Shown: positions 24,992-36,064 of the stretch, one piece after another
Numbering within the stretch: position 1 is the first letter of the stretch
Layout of the letters: each line of letters starts with the position of its first letter
DNA from: Tubiluchus corallicola
Lineage: Eukaryota > Animalia > Priapulida
Assembly: GCA_030141605.1 (NCBI GenBank)
Contig: JAQGDQ010000146.1
Location: 4,749 to 68,748, forward strand
Length of the DNA: 64,000 nucleotides
Reading direction: 5' to 3'
Notes under the pieces: generated by a model
The model's database searches: none
Told to the model about the DNA's origin: nothing
Seen by the model: only the letters and a program-made list of their open reading frames with translations
Translations under genes and position numbers: made by a program

Positions 24992-27442
24992 ATGAACTGG
25001 TGTTTTAGTGTTTACATATTAACAATAATTAATTACATAAACTCTGCTGCATCGCAAATCACTGACTGTGATCAAGTGTTTAAAAGTAGCCATGATCACA
25101 AATCTGGAATGTTTACATCTCCTAGCTTTCCCAGAAAGTACATTGCCAACATGCAGTGCCTTTACATATTTGAAGCACGGCGTAATGAACGAGTTAAAAT
25201 TGAATTTGAAGATTTTAATTTGCACGGGTACGTGGACCAATGCGACAGAGACTACATCGATATTTATTCAGAGTTACAAGTAGCAAAAATCAACCTAGAA
25301 TGGGGAAACTTTACCATAAGCGGACGTTACTGTGGACAAGTTATGCCTCAAATAAGAATTTCTTTATATAATTTCCTAATAATTGGCTTTTACTCAGATG
25401 GAACAAAAGAGTCAACGGGATTCAACGCTACATATGAGTTTATAAACAATGATATTTACCAGATAAGTCCACCAGTTCCAGGTACGATATGTGACTTTAT
25501 AATACGGTCCACAAGCATTAGGGAGGGCATTATTCTCACGCCCACCTATCCTGGATCTTACCCAGCAAATCTTGACTGCACTTACAAGTTTCGTGGAAGA
25601 CGTGGACAGAGGGTGAGATTAGAATTCTTTGATTTTGACATTTACGCAGGTGGCGACCACTGTCCATATGACTCTGTGACTCTGTACGATGGTATAGGAC
25701 CCTCTTATTGCTCTTCGTCACCATATAGTTCTCACAGCAGCTGTGGCAAACTTAGAGTTATTGGTGGTGGGCCATACTGTGGTGAATATCACAGACTTGT
25801 CATGTTTTCAACAGCAGAAAATCTGGAAATACGCTTCAAGACCACTGAAGCACCACAACATGAAAATAGGGGATTTAATGCCACGTTCAAGTTTAGTGAT
25901 GCGTTTGTGAATTTGAAAAAGACAGAACATCATATAATTGGAACGGAATGTAGCCAGCGAATACTGAGCACTGGTGATCCAGAAAAAGCTAAAGGTACAA
26001 TACAAAGCCCAAATATGTCAAAGCGAAATCGTCACGTTATTGACATAATGTGCAATTATAATCTGGATGGTCTGAAAAATGATGAAAATCTAGAAAAAGT
26101 GAAATTGGAATTCAAAGAGTTTAAAGGCTTTCACACAAACATGACAGATGGCATATGTGTAGATGGTTTTGTGGCAGTATTTCAACATGGTCACGACACA
26201 AGAAGTGCACCCCAGTACACGTTCTGTGGTGACAACATACCTGAGACTATAACATCACAAGGACCTCGGCTAATGGTGTTGTACCACAGTGGAACAAAAT
26301 TGCCAGGTGGAAAGTTCAGAGCAGAATATTCATTTGAAACAGATTATGGGATCCGAGGCACGCCCAAACCAGATAGCCAGGAATGTGAGTTTACTTACAG
26401 AGGTTCAAACAAAGAAAGTGGAATCATCAACAGTCCACGATATCCTGCTAACTATCCCAGTAAGAAAAACTGTACTTTTCTTATGTATGCAAAACCAAAA
26501 CAACGCATTCGACTACAGTTCAGCTCTCTGAAAATGTTTTTCAAACCTCCATACGAAGATGCAACATATCTGGTTCACATGGGAAGCAACTGCAGTAATG
26601 CTGATTATGTTGAAGTATATTTTATGATAACACCAGATAAGTACACTCTTGTCGGACGATATTGCAAATATCAAGTCCCTGGCCCGGTTTTATCACCTGT
26701 TAATTCTACAGGCGTAAAAGTCAATTTCATCTCCCACAAAGAAGGTAAAGCACAAGGGTTTCATGCCACATATTATTTCGTATCAGACGAGCAAGCCACA
26801 GTTGCAGCCTGCTCTAGGCACTTCAAGAACAAACCAGGCGGCGTACTTACTTCACCATACTTTAATGTCAAATACCAGTCAAAGACGTTTTGTGACTGGG
26901 AAATTACAGTCAAAAAGGGTGAAAGAATTATGTTGCATTTTTCTAATTGGCTTAGCGTCGAAGGAAATCTAGTGAGCATGGGATGCGGCAATGCGGCTGT
27001 TCGAGTGTACCTCAATGACACAGAAGGTGAACCATACCTGGAATTCTGCAATGGTGATGCAAACTTGAGAAATGAGTATCGCATCATGACATCAACTGAT
27101 AATTACATGAGAGTAACATTTACTACCGGAGACAAACTTGCGGGTATGAAAGGTTTCAAGGCAGCCTGGGTTGCTTACCGACCAGATGACATAGAGTGCA
27201 GAAATGGTTTTAAATGCAAGAAGAGTGGCTTTTGCATCTCCAAGAAAGTGTGCGACATTGTGCCAGAAGGTAAAGACACTACTTCTAAAGAAATGTCTTA
27301 CTGTGGATTGTCCATCTTAGAATCAGGCATTGCAGAAAAAGATACATCAGACAGAAGCTTTTGTTCGGCTGTTACCCGCCCCACTTCTTACAAAAAACTA
27401 ATGTCTATACTAGCAATTTGCATGATAGTTTTTATGGTGTAA
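24992..27442 (+). CDS. Intronless multi-CUB + LDLa-like cell-surface protein (LEV-10/Neto/SOL-1-type architecture)
   Basis: ATG 24992 with signal peptide; five CUB repeats (G-x-x-x-SP-x-(Y/F)P..C-x-(Y/F/W)..RI-x-L-x-F..GF-x-A-x-Y; the third is degenerate); LDLa-like CRNGFKCKKSGFCISKKVCD; hydrophobic C-terminus LMSILAICMIVFMV*. Confidence 0.88.
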   Translation: MNWCFSVYILTIINYINSAASQITDCDQVFKSSHDHKSGMFTSPSFPRKYIANMQCLYIFEARRNERVKIEFEDFNLHGYVDQCDRDYIDIYSELQVAKINLEWGNFTISGRYCGQVMPQIRISLYNFLIIGFYSDGTKESTGFNATYEFINNDIYQISPPVPGTICDFIIRSTSIREGIILTPTYPGSYPANLDCTYKFRGRRGQRVRLEFFDFDIYAGGDHCPYDSVTLYDGIGPSYCSSSPYSSHSSCGKLRVIGGGPYCGEYHRLVMFSTAENLEIRFKTTEAPQHENRGFNATFKFSDAFVNLKKTEHHIIGTECSQRILSTGDPEKAKGTIQSPNMSKRNRHVIDIMCNYNLDGLKNDENLEKVKLEFKEFKGFHTNMTDGICVDGFVAVFQHGHDTRSAPQYTFCGDNIPETITSQGPRLMVLYHSGTKLPGGKFRAEYSFETDYGIRGTPKPDSQECEFTYRGSNKESGIINSPRYPANYPSKKNCTFLMYAKPKQRIRLQFSSLKMFFKPPYEDATYLVHMGSNCSNADYVEVYFMITPDKYTLVGRYCKYQVPGPVLSPVNSTGVKVNFISHKEGKAQGFHATYYFVSDEQATVAACSRHFKNKPGGVLTSPYFNVKYQSKTFCDWEITVKKGERIMLHFSNWLSVEGNLVSMGCGNAAVRVYLNDTEGEPYLEFCNGDANLRNEYRIMTSTDNYMRVTFTTGDKLAGMKGFKAAWVAYRPDDIECRNGFKCKKSGFCISKKVCDIVPEGKDTTSKEMSYCGLSILESGIAEKDTSDRSFCSAVTRPTSYKKLMSILAICMIVFMV

Positions 27443-28492
27443 ACCCGCTTGCAGAAGGTAAAAAAGCAATGAGGTAGCAGCCACTAAGCATTTTCATGCA
27501 AGCAACACTGTACGACAGGGAAAGAAATGAAGCTACACGAACCATGAAGCAACAGTATAATTATGTAAATAATGTGAAAAATGTAGTAATAATCATATTG
27601 ACTATAGATGTTTACAAACTGTGATAATTTTCTTGATACTGCATGTAACTAAATGTAAAAACGTATTTGACTAGGAAACTTTACTAAAACAAAAAAGAAT
27701 ATGTAAAAGTAAGCTGGATAAGTAAGCACATCTAAAAATCATTTTTCCAGCAAAAACTTATACATTTATTAGCCAGATCTGATGTTATTTAATTTTGCAA
27801 ACAAGCACCTACCGTGACCACTCAGCTATATCCCTCAGGAACAATTTCAATTTAATTAAACACTGTTTGCTATTTAATTAAAGCATCTGCCCAACACAAC
27901 TAACTTCCACATAAAACGTGTTGTCTTTGTATATTTATAAGACTAATTAAAGAAAAACATTCCAAAAATTACAATTTTACTTATTGCGACTGATGTGCTA
28001 TACATACGCTATCAAGTGACAGTGTCTCTATACTATACCTAATATCATAAGCAGAAATGCTAGGCCAGATTGAACAAATGGCAACTCCGCTATTTTATTA
28101 AATTTGGCAATTCGGTAATTAAATTCTGAATGAAAAAGTTATACTAACAAAAGAAGTTTTTCCTTTGGCTCAAAAGTTTTTTCTTTAGAAGAAAAAATTC
28201 ACGAAAACAATTTGCATAATTTGCAATTTGTAAGTGATGTGTAACATTGCAAATGATGTGTACATTTTAACGATGGAATAACAGTGTTTTGTAAATTACA
28301 TGTATGTATTTCTTGTATGTATCATATTATTTTTCAAAGTGGCAAATGGAAGTTGAAATACAAATGATGTTTGTCTTTCTAATTTAGAAGTATTAAGTAG
28401 CATTAAATTTTGTTTCTGAAGAAAAGCATTATCTGTATTAAACTGCGGCCTGCTATCAAAACAGACAGCACAAGAAAATCAAGCGACACTAT

Positions 28493-29007
28493 TGTAGCAT
28501 GCATGACCCATTTCTTCAAGAGTGACCAAGAATGCTCAAACACTCCATTCCAAACATCAAGTCCAGACATAAGTGTGTTCATTAGTTGTTTATTCTGTTA
28601 AGAATACATATATGTAAATAATTTCATTGCTGCATATTTTATGATTTAATAACTTCAAATTAGTACAAACACAAGCAAATCTCTTAAAGTAACATTTCAC
28701 TAATACAGTTAATTTCAGTAATTAGTCAAATCAGCAAAAAATATCAAATTAAATAAAAGCAACTTACATCCTTGCCCAAACATTAGAGCACCTTTAGAAA
28801 AACAGTGACAGACTGCAGACAGCAGGAATCAATACAGTTATCAAGCCACAAATCTATAATTCACATGTGTTCAGTCCTAACATATCAAGACCAAGTGTGA
28901 GCAGCATTTCACAAAGCCAGGTACTAAAGTCGTCAACCATGAAATCACCTGACAGGTAAGATGAGGTAACTGCCTGCTGGCCTCAGAGGGCAGCACTGTC
29001 CTGTACA
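28493..29007 (-). repeat. 3' LTR of the BEL element
   Basis: TGTAGCATGC...CCTGTACA on +; matches 35550-36064. Confidence 0.95.
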
Positions 29008-29048
29008 TTACCACCCCCCATAAAATACTCCCCATAAAGTATTTTATC

Positions 29049-32000
29049 TTAAAACTTATCCAACTTCTCCAGTAAACATAGCTTTTGAATTGGTCTCTTA
29101 AGAACAGCATTTGATGTTTTAACCCGTACTGACCGAACTAAACTATCAGGCCCAGGAAAAACCTCACAAACCCTTCCTAAACACCACTGGTTCCGTGGCA
29201 GATTGCTATCAACTACCAATACCAAGTCACCAACTTGCAAGTTATCTGATGCCTTATTCCATTTTTGACGCTTCTGAAGCAGCGGCAAATATTCCCGCAG
29301 CCATCGCTTCCAAAACAGATCAGAGAGAAACTGGACTTGTCTCCATCGCCTCCTATACAGATCATGCTCATCAAATAGTCCAGGTGGAAGTGTAGCTCCA
29401 GATCTCATCAACAATAAATGGTTTGGCGTAAGAGGTTCCATGTCCTTGGGATCATCTGATACCACAGTGATAGGACGCCCGTTGATAACAGCTTCAACGT
29501 TGCACATCAGTGTGGCCAAACCCTCATCATCCAAGGTTTGTTCCATGGCCACTGAAGATAATACTCTCCTGATCAAACCAATCATTCTCTCCCACACCCC
29601 GCCATGATGTGATGATGCAGGTGTATTAAATAGCCATTGTACATTTTTCTGGCGCAGCATATCTTCAATTCTGCTTTGATTCCACACTTTGATAGCTGTC
29701 CTCAGTTCTTTGTTTGAACCAGCAAAATTGGTCCCGTTATCAGACCTGATCATTTCAGGTATGCCACGTCTACTTATGAACCTGAATAAAGCATTTATAA
29801 AACTATCGGTGTCTAATGAGTGAAGAACTTCGATGTGGACGGCTCTAGTCATCAAACAAGTAAAGACGCATCCATACCTCTTCACCAATGCCCGACCTCT
29901 CTTAGCCATGAAAGGCCCAAAGCAATCAACTCCGACTTTCATGAATGGAGCTGTACCAGGAGTAACCCTATCCGTAGGCAAGTCAGCCATCTTTTGAGTT
30001 AAAGGAGCAGCATCACGAATTCTGCACTTCATGCATCTAGATAACACTCCTCGTATTGCAGGTCTGGCATTCACAATCCAAAATCGCTCACGAATTTTAG
30101 AAAGTACATACTCTCTACCCGAGTGCCACGATCTTTCATGGTAATGCTGAATGATAAGCGACACAACATGATCCTTCTTAGGCAATATCATTGGATGCTT
30201 AGCATCATCAGACAATTGTGAATGTTTGAGACGACCGCCTACACAAATCACCCCATTCAAAACAATTGGATCCAGTTTACGCAACACACTCCGTCTCGAA
30301 AGCTTTGAACTCCTTTTCTCCGCATCAGAGTCAAGACCAGCCATATCGTTGGAAAAGTGCTTCAACTGAACATGCTTCACAATACTAACTTCAGCTTGCC
30401 TCATTTCACTCACAGTTAAACCTCCAGATGGTACTGCCAGATCAGATGCCCTCACTCTGCTGAGCAAAATTTCCTTCAATCGCAATATCCAAGCAACACT
30501 CTTGACCAAGCTATACCATGAAGAATATCTCAAAATCAATTTCTCAACAGCATCAGTACCAATCGGTTCTAAAACTAAAACCGTAGCATTGATTTTCTCT
30601 CTTCTGTTAGCTTTTATTTCAAGATCATCTGATAGCTCGACATCAGTTTTAGGAGACTGTGGCCAATCACTTCTAGGCTTCCACAGGTAATCTGGACCAG
30701 ACAACCATCTCCCACTACTGCGAATCTGATCTGCTGTCAATCCCCGAGAGATGTCATATGCAACATTCTTCTCACTGCTGACTTGGCATTGATGCTTCAT
30801 GAATCTGGGACAACCTGTTGGCAACAAATGTTTTAAATCTTTTAGATTATCAGTATTACATATATACTTGAGCACTATCAAGCTGTCTGTCCAAAAAAAG
30901 CTTTCTTGAATACAAATGTCTAACTCTCTTCTAATCGACTGTGCCATTTTTACCGCCATCAGTGCAGCACACAACTCAAGCCTAGGAATAGTCACCAGTT
31001 TCTTGAGAGGTGCCAAACGAGACTTAGCTAGAATAAAGCTACAATGAATTCTACCAATGTTGTTCACAAAACGTAAGTAAGCAACACTACCATATGCTCT
31101 CTCGGAAGCATCTGCAAATGTGTGTAGTTCACAAGCTACAACCATGCCAAAATCACGAGGAACATGATGCCTATCAATCCCAAATTGATCCAACTTAGTT
31201 GAGTCACTCAACCACTTTTGCCACTTTTGCTCTGTATTTGGTTCAAGAGGGTCATCCCAAGATTTGTCAGATCTGCACTCAGTCTGAAACAACTGCTTAG
31301 CAAGAACAACAACGGGACAAAGAAGCCCTAAAGGATCATAGATGGAATTAAGCGTGCTAAGCAAACCACGCCTCGTACAAGGCTTCTGAGAGACATTTAC
31401 CTGGACACACAACTGATCAAGTTCAGTATTCCAGAATAAACCCAACGCTCTTTCTGGCGGCAACAGACCACTTGAAAGTTCCAAATTACGAACAGATTGT
31501 GATCTTTCTTCTGTGGGAACACTATCCAGTACAGCTCTGTCATTACTAATCCATTTTGTAATCCTGAAACCTCCGCGAGCCAACAGTGAAGTTAGCTGCT
31601 TAATAAACCAAATAGCTTCTTGTGAGCTTCTAAGAGACTTTAAGCAGTCGTCGACATAAAAGTTCTTCATAACAGCTTTTACTATTATTTTGTCAAAGTC
31701 TTCAGCATTGTCCGAAGCTGTTCGCTGTAAGGCATATGTTGCACATGATGGACTCCAAGTACCACCAAACAAGTGACGAGTCATCCTGTAAATGGCAGGC
31801 TTCTCATCCAGTTTACCATCAGGATACCAGAGAAATCTGAGAACGTCACGATGATGTTCAGAAACCAAAACCTGGTTAAACATTGCCTCAATATCTGACA
31901 TAACAGCAATCGGTGACTCTCTGAAACGAAGTAAAACTCCCAGTAGTTTATTGGTCAAGTCAGGGCCTTGAAAAATTCGCATATTCAATGATACCCCTTC

Positions 32001-34901
32001 AAATTCTGCTGCACAGTTAAAAACAATGCGGTGTTTATCGGGCTTCTTTGGATGGACAACACCATGGTGAGGAAGATACCATGTGCATCCCAAACTTTCT
32101 TCTTTATGACCTGCTGGAACACATTCTGCATAGCCTTTAAGCAACAAATCAGCCATACCAAGTGTGTACTTTTCGTGTTCCTCAGGGTCATTCAAGAGCT
32201 TTCTCCTCAAATATTGCAACCTCTTTTCTGCCATTGTGATGTTATTTGGAAACTCAGGGGGGTAATCTTTGAATGGAATTTCAAATTCATAATGAGTGTC
32301 AACAAGTTTTGCAGACTTACTCCAAATATCTAGAGTCATTTTATCCTCAACAGACATCTGAGGGACATCATCAATACCAAGACTGTCTATTTGCCAAAAA
32401 CGCTGAACTTGAGTATTCAGTTCACTATCTGTGTTTACCAGATTAGAGAAACTCGCGTATCTTTCTGAATCATGTGAAGCCTGGCCTGCCAAACCATTTA
32501 CAGTCCAACCTAAAGGAGTGCGAATAGCGTAAGGGTCACCTTCTCTGCCATACCTCACTTCCAATGGCTTTAAAGCATCAGCATGGTCTTGGCCAATAAG
32601 CAGATTTACATCTTCTCCAGGTTTGACCTGAGTCAGACGAATGTTCTTCAAGTGTTCCCAACTTGCAGCCTCGCTTGATACAGCAACACTGTCGCGAAGT
32701 GACGGAAATGTCTCAATGGCACATAATTTGTCAAGAAACAACCCCTTTCTTTTTGTCTCTTTCCCAGAGAGTGGCATGACATACAGCGATACCTCATATG
32801 CATCAACATAACTGCCTTCATTAACAGTTGTTAAGAATATTGACTTTTTAGCCTTTGCACTTAAACCAAGCGTTGTCATCAGTTCACGAGAACAAAATGA
32901 TCTGGTACTTCCCGGATCCAACAATGCATGGACTTTTATACCAACATGATCTTGGTTTTTCTTTGCTAAAACTGTCACAACTGGTAAGCATGCTCTACTG
33001 AACTTCTTGTCAATGTGCTGACGTCTAATATCACAAGCATAACTGTTAGCTCTTGCAGTATCTTCAGTTCCAACTTGCCCATTAATAAAAGCAGAACTGT
33101 TAGGATTACCTGTATCCTCTGATGCTTGTTCTTGGGTTGATGTACATGCAGTAACTTTCTTTGCTCTTTCATTAAAAGCCTTATGGAGTAATCTCGAATG
33201 CATTTGTTGACATCCCTGTACACTACACCGTGGCTGAGCACATTTGTGACTAAAATGTCCTGGGTGTAGGCAATTAAAGCAAACTTTATTCTTTCTTGCA
33301 ATTTTCAATCTGTCAGCTGGTTGAAGACTCTGATATGATTTACACATATTGAGAGTATGAGTTGATGAACACTGTGGGCAAGACTTTGTTGCTGGTTCAG
33401 CTATTTGCTTGGCACTAATGTTAAAACTTCTCGATCCTCTTCCTCTACTGGAATCTTTAACCTTGGAATCCCTACCAAACTCACAATAGCCAAAGACAGG
33501 ATCACTTGCCTCTCTTGCTGCTTGATTCAAAAAATCGGCCAGCTCATGAATACCGGGATATCTATTAGTTTTCTGCAAATGTTTTGATGCCTTTGTCCTC
33601 CACCTGCCCTGAAGATATATTGGCAGCCTTTTGACAATTTGCACCATGCTTCTTTTAGTATCTACTTCATCAAGTCTTCCCATTGCTAACAATGTGATAT
33701 TGCAACTGCGCACTTCATCAGCTAACTTCTGTAGAAGTCGTGAATCACCAGGCTTAATTAATGGACCTTCTGTCAATGTCCTTACCCAAGCTTCAGATAT
33801 TTTATAATCATTGCCGAACCTCTCCTTTAACAACTTCCTAGCTTCAGCATATCCATCTTCTGGATCTAAAACCGCACAACATCGAATTACATCTAAAGCT
33901 TCTCCTTGGCATGACTGAAACAGTCTGTTCAATTTGGCTGCAGAACTAACACGCACATCTCCGACTACCTGATCAAATGTTCTCATATATATCCAGTATT
34001 CCAATGGATTACCGTCAAACATAACCAACTCAGCTTTAGGTAGCTGCATGACATCCATCATGTGAGCCTGCATTTCCAAATCATGATGCTTAGCAGCAAC
34101 TGATGCTTGGCCATCTTTCTCACACATCCATTCAGGAGCATTGGCATCAAGATTGTGTTCTTTGTGTTGGCTAGTAACATGTTGCTGCTGTTGAACCCAC
34201 TGCTCAACTCTTTCCCTCACAAAGTCCACAGGCTGCTCATCTTCAATGTTCTCACTTCTAGAATTCAAACTGGCTCTAGAGTTATCAAATTCTTCTAAAG
34301 CTCTTTCTTCTGCATCAGCCTTAGCAATTTGTGTCTTCAACTCCAAATCTCTCTTTCTCTGCTTCATCTGAAGTTCCTCTTCTTCAAGCAGTTTTCGTTC
34401 TTCTGCTATCTTAGCTTCAGCGATCAAGGCTGCTTTCCTAGCAAAAGCTTTAGCTCTAGCGCTGCTTATTGAGCTAGCCTTCGTCCCAACAGACTGTCGT
34501 TTGCCATATGTTTTACTATGTAGAGATGAAAGCTTACTATGCGTAGATGCTTTATTAGATTTTGTGACATCATCAACCTCAGTTGCATGTTCAACTTCCT
34601 TTTGACGAATAGAAAGATAATTGTTTATTAATTGTGCAATATCTGCTACCCTTTCAGCGACTTCTTCGCAATATTCTTGAGACAATTCCTTTAACTGCTC
34701 AGGTAAAAGTTCATGGTAGCGTTTGTGTACTTCAATAAACTGCTCATTAAGAGACATTAATTCAACATACTGAATTTTAACACCCTCTTTACCAGCATTG
34801 ACTTTAATTAAATCTTTTACTTTTGCAATCTTTTTGGTAATTGCACCCTTTAAATGGCCCCTGGCTATTCTTAATTCACTGAGCTGCTTTTCTTCAGCCA
34901 T
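29049..34901 (-). CDS. BEL/Pao Gag-PR-RT-RNaseH-IN polyprotein (1950 aa, locally frameshift-compensated)
   Basis: FDGNPLEY gag core, three Cys/His knuckles, ALLDPGS protease, FYVDD RT, HTFADASERAYG RNase H, GVDCFGP/SDNGTNF/GGVWER integrase. Confidence 0.95.
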   Translation of the reverse strand: MAEEKQLSELRIARGHLKGAITKKIAKVKDLIKVNAGKEGVKIQYVELMSLNEQFIEVHKRYHELLPEQLKELSQEYCEEVAERVADIAQLINNYLSIRQKEVEHATEVDDVTKSNKASTHSKLSSLHSKTYGKRQSVGTKASSISSARAKAFARKAALIAEAKIAEERKLLEEEELQMKQRKRDLELKTQIAKADAEERALEEFDNSRASLNSRSENIEDEQPVDFVRERVEQWVQQQQHVTSQHKEHNLDANAPEWMCEKDGQASVAAKHHDLEMQAHMMDVMQLPKAELVMFDGNPLEYWIYMRTFDQVVGDVRVSSAAKLNRLFQSCQGEALDVIRCCAVLDPEDGYAEARKLLKERFGNDYKISEAWVRTLTEGPLIKPGDSRLLQKLADEVRSCNITLLAMGRLDEVDTKRSMVQIVKRLPIYLQGRWRTKASKHLQKTNRYPGIHELADFLNQAAREASDPVFGYCEFGRDSKVKDSSRGRGSRSFNISAKQIAEPATKSCPQCSSTHTLNMCKSYQSLQPADRLKIARKNKVCFNCLHPGHFSHKCAQPRCSVQGCQQMHSRLLHKAFNERAKKVTACTSTQEQASEDTGNPNSSAFINGQVGTEDTARANSYACDIRRQHIDKKFSRACLPVVTVLAKKNQDHVGIKVHALLDPGSTRSFCSRELMTTLGLSAKAKKSIFLTTVNEGSYVDAYEVSLYVMPLSGKETKRKGLFLDKLCAIETFPSLRDSVAVSSEAASWEHLKNIRLTQVKPGEDVNLLIGQDHADALKPLEVRYGREGDPYAIRTPLGWTVNGLAGQASHDSERYASFSNLVNTDSELNTQVQRFWQIDSLGIDDVPQMSVEDKMTLDIWSKSAKLVDTHYEFEIPFKDYPPEFPNNITMAEKRLQYLRRKLLNDPEEHEKYTLGMADLLLKGYAECVPAGHKEESLGCTWYLPHHGVVHPKKPDKHRIVFNCAAEFEGVSLNMRIFQGPDLTNKLLGVLLRFRESPIAVMSDIEAMFNQVLVSEHHRDVLRFLWYPDGKLDEKPAIYRMTRHLFGGTWSPSCATYALQRTASDNAEDFDKIIVKAVMKNFYVDDCLKSLRSSQEAIWFIKQLTSLLARGGFRITKWISNDRAVLDSVPTEERSQSVRNLELSSGLLPPERALGLFWNTELDQLCVQVNVSQKPCTRRGLLSTLNSIYDPLGLLCPVVVLAKQLFQTECRSDKSWDDPLEPNTEQKWQKWLSDSTKLDQFGIDRHHVPRDFGMVVACELHTFADASERAYGSVAYLRFVNNIGRIHCSFILAKSRLAPLKKLVTIPRLELCAALMAVKMAQSIRRELDICIQESFFWTDSLIVLKYICNTDNLKDLKHLLPTGCPRFMKHQCQVSSEKNVAYDISRGLTADQIRSSGRWLSGPDYLWKPRSDWPQSPKTDVELSDDLEIKANRREKINATVLVLEPIGTDAVEKLILRYSSWYSLVKSVAWILRLKEILLSRVRASDLAVPSGGLTVSEMRQAEVSIVKHVQLKHFSNDMAGLDSDAEKRSSKLSRRSVLRKLDPIVLNGVICVGGRLKHSQLSDDAKHPMILPKKDHVVSLIIQHYHERSWHSGREYVLSKIRERFWIVNARPAIRGVLSRCMKCRIRDAAPLTQKMADLPTDRVTPGTAPFMKVGVDCFGPFMAKRGRALVKRYGCVFTCLMTRAVHIEVLHSLDTDSFINALFRFISRRGIPEMIRSDNGTNFAGSNKELRTAIKVWNQSRIEDMLRQKNVQWLFNTPASSHHGGVWERMIGLIRRVLSSVAMEQTLDDEGLATLMCNVEAVINGRPITVVSDDPKDMEPLTPNHLLLMRSGATLPPGLFDEHDLYRRRWRQVQFLSDLFWKRWLREYLPLLQKRQKWNKASDNLQVGDLVLVVDSNLPRNQWCLGRVCEVFPGPDSLVRSVRVKTSNAVLKRPIQKLCLLEKLDKF

Positions 34902-35549
34902 GATAAATTAATGATCTTCAAAACTGAATGCTAAATACGGTATAAAGCGGGCATGTGTTAGGGAGGTATAAAAATAATGTACAGTAAACAAATTACAGTA
35001 AACTTTTTTGCACACAGAGCCTAGGCAAAATTATGTAGATGTACAGTTATGGCTAGTCCAGCAATAAATAAATCCAATATTCCAACAACAGCAGTGTAAG
35101 GTCTGTAGCTACATGCATTCAAGCATTAATTTTACTACTTTACTTTGGCTCAAAACCAGTTTGTAAGAAAGCAGTACAAACTTCCTTCCAGTGCAAGTTA
35201 ACTCAAGGACTTTTACACAGTTAGCTTAAAAATAAATTTACCCAAATACTGTATGAATCCAAATCACAGAGAATAAGCTAATACTGTAGCCCAAATTAGA
35301 AACAGATACAGGTTATGACCTTTACAAGTTTCATAAATAACACCACTATAAATGCATTAGTCATTGTAACCACAACTAACAAATTACAATACAATGTAAC
35401 CTTACAATAACAATATATACATAGCTGCTCATGTAGCCTTTGCTTGATCTTCCACCAGCTCATGCAGGTTGACAAGAGTCCATTGACAGCAAACAGGGCT
35501 ACTTGATCCAGGAGCTTCTAACTGCTGGTACCGGATAATAAACGATGAA

Positions 35550-36064
35550 TGTAGCATGCATGACCCATTTCTTCAAGAGTGACCAAGAATGCTCAAACAC
35601 TCCATTCCAAACATCAAGTCCAGACATAAGTGTGTTCATTAGTTGTTTATTCTGTTAAGAATACATATATGTAAATAATTTCATTGCTGCATATTTTATG
35701 ATTTAATAACTTCAAATTAGTACAAACACAAGCAAATCTCTTAAAGTAACATTTCACTAATACAGTTACTTTCAGTAATTAGTCAAATCAGCAAAAAATA
35801 TCAAATTAAATAAAAGCAACTTACATCCTTGCCCAAACATTAGAGCACCTTTAGAAAAACAGTGACAGACTGCAGACAGCAGGAATCAATACAGTTATCA
35901 AGCCACAAATCTATAATTCACATGTGTTCAGTCCTAACATATCAAGACCAAGTGTGAGCAGCATTTCACAAAGCCAGGTACTAAAGTCGTCAACCATGAA
36001 ATCACCTGACAGGTAAGTTGAGGTAACTGCCTGCTGGCCTCAGAGGGCAGCACTGTCCTGTACA
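35550..36064 (-). repeat. 5' LTR of the BEL element
   Basis: Matches 28493-29007. Confidence 0.95.

Larger units (their letters stand above)
28493..36064 (-). mobile_element. BEL/Pao LTR retrotransposon, full length
   Basis: 515-bp TG..CA LTRs at 28493-29007 and 35550-36064 (2 mismatches seen); purine tract ATGGGGGGTGGTAA before the 3' LTR; single gag-pol ORF. Confidence 0.97.

Noticed and set aside
23321-28492. Search for the preceding TPC1 exon (..FVLLTTAN)
   Set aside because: The only ..GCCAA|gt candidate (~24241) translates GVFAFLYAN, which is not TPC-like; no matching exon found
25019-34298. Short ORFs overlapping the CUB and BEL ORFs in other frames or strands
   Set aside because: Shadow ORFs of long coding regions with no recognisable motifs
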